A program made the position numbers and the translations under genes. Below, one piece after another: positions 58,582-64,000 of a DNA stretch of 64,000 bases (position 1 is its first letter; every line of letters starts with the position of its first letter). The stretch covers positions 6,411-70,410 of the forward strand of contig CAZBAG010000002.1 in the NCBI GenBank assembly GCA_964490365.1, in the 5' to 3' direction. This stretch comes from an uncultured Candidatus Saccharibacteria bacterium. GTDB taxonomy: Bacteria > Patescibacteriota > Minisyncoccia > Phycocordibacterales > CSBR16-119. The notes below the pieces were generated by a model, which was not told where the DNA came from, searched no databases, and saw only the letters and a list, made by a program, of their open reading frames with translations.

Positions 58582-58708
58582 CAAAAAACAATAGTTTGAT
58601 ATCATTGTTTTCGATGATCACTTTGCGGCTATAAAAGCGTAAACCTTGTATAGCCGCTACATTCGAAGAAAATAAGAATATATGGTATTCTTATTTCACT
58701 TCTCACTT

Positions 58709-58779
58709 GCGGCTATGGTTTAGTGGTAAAATACGTCCTTGCCAAGGATGAGTCGGGAGTTCGATTCTCCCTAGCCGCA
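58709..58779 (+). tRNA. tRNA-Gly(GCC)
   Basis: Acceptor stem GCGGCTA/TAGCCGC; anticodon loop TTGCCAA. Confidence 0.94.
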
Positions 58780-58840
58780 CACAAATATAAAAGCCTAGAT
58801 ATTCAAATATCTAGGCTTTTATATTTGTCTTTTATTATTC

Positions 58841-59040
58841 ATGTCCTTTATAAGGGACATCTTATCAAACTTATTGTATATGTCCTTAAATTATACTAAG
58901 TGGTAAGTTGTTGATAAATAAGGTTTTATTTACAAAGATATGTGGATAACCATGTTAGTATTGTTGGTAACTAGCCTATTTTGTCCCTTTTATACTAAAA
59001 ATTATTATGAGTTTTTCTAAAAAACGTTGATAAATAAGGG
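58841..59040. promoter_or_regulatory. AT-rich region with a cluster of DnaA-box-like sites
   Basis: TGTTGATAA at 58909, TGTGGATAA at 58941, TGTTGGTAA at 58962 and CGTTGATAA at 59025. Confidence 0.55.
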
Positions 59041-59064
59041 TTATATACTAACATTGATTATATA

Positions 59065-59140
59065 TGTTTCACGTGAAACATATATAATGTTTCATCTGAA
59101 ACACTTTGATATATACTGAACTCAGGTTTCACCTGAAACA
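59065..59140. promoter_or_regulatory. parS cluster (three sites)
   Basis: TGTTTCACGTGAAACA at 59065-80 (perfect), TGTTTCATCTGAAACA at 59088-103, GGTTTCACCTGAAACA at 59125-40. Confidence 0.88.
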
Positions 59141-59146
59141 ATCGCG

Positions 59147-59227
59147 TCCCGTTAGTGATTAAGGTTATTAGAAAGCTGTTTTTGGTAAATCATAAAATTA
59201 TGAAGTTTTAAATAATCACTATTGGGA
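59147..59227. mobile_element. Degenerate inverted-repeat-bounded element at the yraN start
   Basis: TCCCGTTAGTGATTA and TAATCACTATTGGGA, 13 of 15 positions complementary. Confidence 0.55.
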
Positions 59228-59649
59228 TGAAAAAATTTACATCAAAAACACAGAAAATAGGGGAAATTGGTGAAAACCTAGCCTGTAGAAAGTTTGTAAG
59301 GCTTGGATTTGAGATATTGTGCAGAAACTACACCAAACAAGGTGGGGAAATAGATATTGTAGCTCAAAAAGAGGGCATTCTTCATTTTATTGAAGTTAAA
59401 AGTGTTTCATGTGAAATATCAACGATATATAAAGGAGGAAATGTTACATATGAAACAAAAAATACTTATAGACCTGAGGAAAACCTTAGTTTTCAGAAAT
59501 TTTTAAAAATAACAAGAACTATAGAGGTTTACTTCTTGGAGAACAATGTTTCAAATGAAACACCTTGGCAAATAGATTTAGCCTGCGCCCATATTGACCC
59601 TCAGAGAAAGATAGGGAAGGTCGAGATCCTAGAAAATATCATTTTATAA
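59227..59649 (+). CDS. yraN: YraN family (UPF0102) putative endonuclease
   Basis: GEIGENLA..RNY..GEIDIVA..FIEVK. Confidence 0.88.
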   Translation: MKKFTSKTQKIGEIGENLACRKFVRLGFEILCRNYTKQGGEIDIVAQKEGILHFIEVKSVSCEISTIYKGGNVTYETKNTYRPEENLSFQKFLKITRTIEVYFLENNVSNETPWQIDLACAHIDPQRKIGKVEILENIIL

Positions 59650-59729
59650 ACAAAAACTTATTGACGAATCAATTATTTGGGATTATAGTATTCTCCTGCA
59701 ACGTTCATTCATTTAAAAACCACAGGACA

Positions 59730-59819
59730 ATGGGAAAGGAGGATCTGGAAACGGTAGCTGCAGAGATAGGTATACCTATCGTAGTAGCCAACGACAGGGG
59801 TGTGGTTAAAAAAGAATAG
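59730..59819 (+). CDS. Putative 29-aa microprotein
   Basis: MGKEDLETVAAEIGIPIVVANDRGVVKKE; promoter TTGACG(59661)-17-TATAGT; hairpin at 59837-59866. Confidence 0.4.
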   Translation: MGKEDLETVAAEIGIPIVVANDRGVVKKE

Positions 59820-59928
59820 GCGCATAAAGCGCATATAAAGAGGTGTGTCAAAGGACGCACCTCTTTATCTACCTACAACACTTTTGACAAAATCATTCTT
59901 TTGTTTAAACTGCAATCAAACGTTCCAC

Positions 59929-60279
59929 ATGAAACATGGATTGATAATCATTGGTTTTTTTAAAGAAGACATTTCTTTGGATGCTCCATATGAGACCCTA
60001 CTTGAGGATATAGACCTTAATATGGCCATGGTAAACATAAGCACAATCATCCTCATGAATAGCAACCGACCTCCTGTGGTGGATATCCATGAAATGATAG
60101 TTCAAGAAGCACAAAAAGTAGAACCTATCGTCATCACCCAGAACCATTTAGACATTCCATTTGTTCCAAAGCCAGCTCCTAAAGTTTGGCCAAAGGATCG
60201 CCTGCTCAAGCAACGAAAAAACAAGGTTGTTGGGGGAAATCGATATGGAAAAAAGATATATCGCAAGAGGCCGTTCTGA
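59929..60279 (+). CDS. Orphan protein with a basic C-terminus in a stand-alone cassette
   Basis: Likely start MKHGL; promoter TTGACA(59884)-16-TAAACT; terminator overlaps the stop codon. Confidence 0.55.
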   Translation: MKHGLIIIGFFKEDISLDAPYETLLEDIDLNMAMVNISTIILMNSNRPPVVDIHEMIVQEAQKVEPIVITQNHLDIPFVPKPAPKVWPKDRLLKQRKNKVVGGNRYGKKIYRKRPF

Positions 60280-60335
60280 CGGCCTCTTTTATTGTATTAA
60301 ATAGAAAGTATGCTAATATATCTTTTGTTACTACA

Positions 60336-60411
60336 CGGGGTGTGGTGTAACGGCTAACATTCTCGTTTTGGGTACGAGCGACTCCGGGTTCGAATCCCGG
60401 CACCCCGACCA
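60336..60411 (+). tRNA. tRNA-Pro(TGG)
   Basis: Acceptor stem CGGGGTG/CACCCCG; loop TTTGGGT; encoded CCA. Confidence 0.94.
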
Positions 60412-60463
60412 ATAGGGAATTGAGAATATGTTAGATATTTGATATCCTTGTTTTATAACAATT

Positions 60464-60534
60464 GCGGGATTAGTTTATCGGTAAAACAACAGTTTTCCAA
60501 ACTGTGGTGAGGAGTTCGACTCTCCTATCCCGCA
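60464..60534 (+). tRNA. tRNA-Gly(TCC)
   Basis: Acceptor stem GCGGGAT/ATCCCGC; anticodon arm ACAGT-TTTCCAA-ACTGT. Confidence 0.93.
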
Positions 60535-60686
60535 CACATAGCAAAGAAAACCTGGTTTAAACCAGGTTTTCTTTGTTTAAGATAATCTTTTCGAAAAGAC
60601 TATGATTATTAGCGACGTAGGGCGAGAGAAATGAAAACATTTTCATTTCCGAGCCGAGGAGCTAATATGAGAGATTATATCTGCTC

Positions 60687-60959
60687 TTATTTAACTGCAT
60701 CTTTAAGAGCTTTTGCGGCTCGGAATTTTGGTACTTTTTGTGCAGCAACTTTTACTGTTTCTCCTGTTCTTGGGTTTCGTGCTGTTCTAGCAGCTCGCAA
60801 CTTTGCTGAGAAAATACCGAATCCTGAGATTGACACTTCATCTCCTTTCTTAAGAGATTTTGTAATAGTGTCAAAAATACCATCTACAACTTGTTCTGCT
60901 TGAGTTTTTGTTCCTCCAAGCATTTCGTGTACTGCTTCAACAAGTGATGCTTTATTCAT
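60687..60959 (-). CDS. hup: DNA-binding protein HU
   Basis: MNKASLV..GFGIF..ARNPRTGE..VPKFRAAKALKDAVK. Confidence 0.96.
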   Translation of the reverse strand: MNKASLVEAVHEMLGGTKTQAEQVVDGIFDTITKSLKKGDEVSISGFGIFSAKLRAARTARNPRTGETVKVAAQKVPKFRAAKALKDAVK

Positions 60960-61116
60960 ACGTTAATATAATCTAAAAATAATAATAAACTATCTTACCG
61001 CACAACGCGGTGACAAAAGCCTAGGTATATTATATAGCAAGCAAAAAACCTTGCAATAGCAACACAATTAAGTGTTGGGGAAGTAGAAAACCCTCATTTC
61101 TGAGGGTCTTCCAATT

Positions 61117-62643
61117 TTAACGTGCGTAATTGATGATTCTTTGTTCTCGTATAACCACAACTTTTATTTCTCCTGGATATTTTAGTTCACTTTCTATCTT
61201 TACTGCAATATCTCGAGAAAGGTCTTTTGCCGCAATATCTGTTATATTTTCAGGGTTTACGAAGACTCTCACTTCTCGTCCCGCCGCTATGGCATAGGCT
61301 TTTTCAACGCCATTGAATCCTGTAACCAAAGACTCTAGTTCTGTAAGACGTTTTATGTAGTTTTCAGCAGAATCACTTCGGGCACCTGGTCGTCCACCAG
61401 AGATAGCGTCAGCGGTTTGAACAATGTGCGCTTCTATTGTTTCATACGGGAATTCATCGTGGTGAGATTTCATTGCATCAATAATCTTTTGATCAGTTCC
61501 AAACTTCTGAAGAATTCTCATTCCAATTTCAACGTGCGTACCTTGTACTTCATGCGTAAGTGCTTTTCCAATATCATGAACAAGTGCTCCAGCTTTCGCC
61601 ACAGCAACATCCGCTCCTAGTTCTTCTGCGAGAATTCCTGCAACATGAGCCATTTCTACAGAGTGAGCTAATACATTTTGGCCGTAACTTGTTCTAAAAT
61701 GTAGACGACCAACAATCGCAACAACACGTGGATCGAGATTAAATATTCCGCACTCGTACACCGCTTCTTCTCCTTTTTGTTTAATAATCTTATTAATATC
61801 TTCTTGGGCCTTTTGGATCATCTCTTCAATTTTTGCAGGCTGTATTCTTCCGTCGATAATGAGGTTTTCGAGAGCAACACGAGCAACTTGTCGACGCACT
61901 GGATCAAATGACGAAACAATGATTGACCCAGGAGTATCGTCAACAATAAGCTCGACACCAGATGCTCGTTCAAAAGCCCTTATATTTCTACCTTCTTTCC
62001 CGATAATCTTTCCTTTAATATCTTCGGATGGAATATTTACTGTCGTTGCCATCATTTCTGAAACACTGTCATTGGCAATACGTTGAATTGATGTCGCAAG
62101 AATATCTTTTGCTCTTCGCTCAAGCTTTTCAGTTGCAGTATTTTCAAGTTTTTGCATCCGTACCAGAAAATCTTCTTCATATTTTTCTTCGATTTGTGCA
62201 ACGAGTCTTTCTTTTGCTTCATCTTCAGAAAGTCTTGATATTTCTTCAAGTTTTTTCTGTTCTTCTTCTTTTTTTCTTTCTACGTCTTCTTTTATCTTTT
62301 GAACTTCTTCAATTTTCTGTTTTACTTTTTCTACTTCTTTTGAAAGTTCTTCTTCTTTTTTAAGTAGGGAATCATCTTTTTTATTTAAACGCTCTTCATT
62401 TTTTCGAATCTCTTCATTTTTCTTCTTTTCCTCTTCTTCAGTTTCTTTAAGGCGCTCTTCTGCTTTTTCTTGTGCCTCGGTGATTATTTTTTGAGCTTCT
62501 TCTTTGGCTTCAATCATCTTTTGCTTTATTTCAAGCTCTACACCCCCTTTTTTACCCAAAGAAATCGCAATTCTCAAAAAATAACCAGCAACACCTCCGA
62601 CCACAAGAGAAGTGATGAAAATTACTATACTAACTGTACTCAT
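61117..62643 (-). CDS. rny: Ribonuclease Y
   Basis: N-terminal TM; coiled coil; KH motif KGKIIGKEGRNIR; HD domain RTSYGQN..HDIGK. Confidence 0.97.
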   Translation of the reverse strand: MSTVSIVIFITSLVVGGVAGYFLRIAISLGKKGGVELEIKQKMIEAKEEAQKIITEAQEKAEERLKETEEEEKKKNEEIRKNEERLNKKDDSLLKKEEELSKEVEKVKQKIEEVQKIKEDVERKKEEEQKKLEEISRLSEDEAKERLVAQIEEKYEEDFLVRMQKLENTATEKLERRAKDILATSIQRIANDSVSEMMATTVNIPSEDIKGKIIGKEGRNIRAFERASGVELIVDDTPGSIIVSSFDPVRRQVARVALENLIIDGRIQPAKIEEMIQKAQEDINKIIKQKGEEAVYECGIFNLDPRVVAIVGRLHFRTSYGQNVLAHSVEMAHVAGILAEELGADVAVAKAGALVHDIGKALTHEVQGTHVEIGMRILQKFGTDQKIIDAMKSHHDEFPYETIEAHIVQTADAISGGRPGARSDSAENYIKRLTELESLVTGFNGVEKAYAIAAGREVRVFVNPENITDIAAKDLSRDIAVKIESELKYPGEIKVVVIREQRIINYAR

Positions 62644-62873
62644 AAGCGATTGTGTCGCTCTAAAAAATTACCTAGAAAAGGCTTTGATGTTTATGAAATA
62701 GGCTTACGTCTTGAGAAATTTTATAAAACATACGGAAATTCTGGTTTTTCTGGAATAAATCTTAGATTGACTTTGTTTAATTATTAATCGGTACCCTCAA
62801 TATACCAGAGGAAAAAGTTTGTGTCTAACTATATAAAAGAAAAGGACATGGGTTCACCATATCCTTATTCCTT

Positions 62874-63335
62874 TTAATTTTCCTTATTAAAACGTATTAC
62901 TACGTGTCGATCCTTAGCAAAACCAGCTGATTCGGAAGACAAGTCACTATGTTTAGAAACATATTCATGAACAATCCTTCTTTCAAATGAATTCATGGGT
63001 GGAAGCTCGATACTACTTTTGAAAAACCTTGCTCGTTCAGACATCATATGCGCAATCGTTTTAATTTTATCTATTTTTGCTTTTTGATAGTTATTGATAT
63101 CAATCAATATTTGGGGTGCACCTTCCTTATATTTTTTATCAAGGAATCTTTTTACAAGATAATTAATACTTTGGATAGTTTCACCGTCTTTTCCGATCAA
63201 AAATCTTGAGTCGTTACTCTCAATACTAAAGATAAACGACCCAGAATCCATATCGAGATCACTTGAAACAGCACTAACATCAAAACCAGTCTTTGTGAGA
63301 AATTCTTGTATGATGTTTTTGATATCTGTTTCCAT
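62874..63335 (-). CDS. jag: Jag/KhpB KH-R3H RNA-binding protein
   Basis: LIGKDGETI and PMNSFERRIVH; downstream of yidC. Confidence 0.88.
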   Translation of the reverse strand: METDIKNIIQEFLTKTGFDVSAVSSDLDMDSGSFIFSIESNDSRFLIGKDGETIQSINYLVKRFLDKKYKEGAPQILIDINNYQKAKIDKIKTIAHMMSERARFFKSSIELPPMNSFERRIVHEYVSKHSDLSSESAGFAKDRHVVIRFNKEN

Positions 63336-63346
63336 AAAGCTTTCTG

Positions 63347-64000
63347 TTATTTAGTAATAACCTCGGCTTCTATAATGTTTTGTCGTTTTTCCATCTTTTT
63401 ATTAATAACAACCTCTTGGATGGTGGTGAAAATATTGTTCACAGACCAGTAGAGCGCAATTGCTCCTGATATTTGGTATGAAATAAAACCAACAAAGACT
63501 GGCATAATAAATCTCATTTGTTTACTCATCATGTTTGAGATATTTGCCTGCATTGAGCCATCATTTTTAGTTTGAGGGTTTCGTTTTACCGCTAAATCAA
63601 TTTGGAAAAACTGCGTGATTCCAGCTAAAACAGCCAAGAAAAGATTTCGCACTGAAAGATCAAATACTCCAAGGAAGTTTATATTTACTGATTCTGGAGA
63701 TGAAATGAATGAATAGAGGTGTTCTCCTGAAGAAAAATCAAATCCGTTAAGAAATACTTTGTAGAGTGCAAAAATAATAGGAAGTTGTATCAAAATTGGC
63801 AAACAACCTGAGAGCGGGTTTATTTTTTCTTGTTTATAAAGTTCAAAGGTTTTTGCCGCTTGTTCTTGTTTGTCAGTATATTTTTCTTTGATTTCGTTTA
63901 TTTTTGGCTCGAGTTGTTTGAGTTTTATTTGACTCACAATAGCCTTTCGGTGAAGGGGAAGGAGGATGAGTTTAATGATAATAGTAAGTAAAATAACAGC
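63347..64000 (-). CDS. yidC: Membrane protein insertase YidC/Oxa1 (5' end lies outside the window)
   Basis: INPLSGCLPILIQLPI and LYWSVNN; the frame continues to the right edge. Confidence 0.93.
   Translation of the reverse strand, partial: AVILLTIIIKLILLPLHRKAIVSQIKLKQLEPKINEIKEKYTDKQEQAAKTFELYKQEKINPLSGCLPILIQLPIIFALYKVFLNGFDFSSGEHLYSFISSPESVNINFLGVFDLSVRNLFLAVLAGITQFFQIDLAVKRNPQTKNDGSMQANISNMMSKQMRFIMPVFVGFISYQISGAIALYWSVNNIFTTIQEVVINKKMEKRQNIIEAEVITK

Noticed and set aside
1-64000. Alternative genetic code (UGA=Gly, as in Gracilibacteria/Absconditabacteria)
   Set aside because: Core genes are full length under code 11 with no in-frame TGA breaks.

Overview
A 64 kb origin-proximal segment of a low-GC, reduced-genome bacterium, most consistent with Patescibacteria/CPR (Parcubacteria-like). 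This is inferred from gene content and order, using the standard genetic code. Core genes are pgk, tpiA, nusA, ppa, tig, clpP, rsmA, pcrA, comM, pnp, rpsO, a Xer recombinase, xth, cca, yraN, HU, rny, jag and a partial yidC. There are four canonical tRNAs, a parS/DnaA-box cluster at about 58.8-59.9 kb, and a CPR-type T4SS-like operon (pilin, VirB4, PrgI, VirB6-like) at 18.8-33.6 kb. Five things are not explained by ordinary annotation. (1) About eleven stand-alone cassettes of sigma70 promoter, A/C-rich SD-less leader, foreign or orphan ORF and intrinsic terminator; several encode Bacteroidota-type proteins, two with T9SS C-terminal sorting domains. (2) Three hairpin-bounded elements (TCCCGTTAG...CTAACGGGA) whose 3' arm supplies the A of the ATG of rsmA, pnp and yraN. 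(3) A ~190 bp structured repeat in two copies with compensatory base changes. (4) Two aberrant tRNA-like genes in their own transcription unit. (5) A four-helix-bundle gene bracketed by inverted heptamer arrays. All family calls come from motif recognition by eye; no database searches were run.
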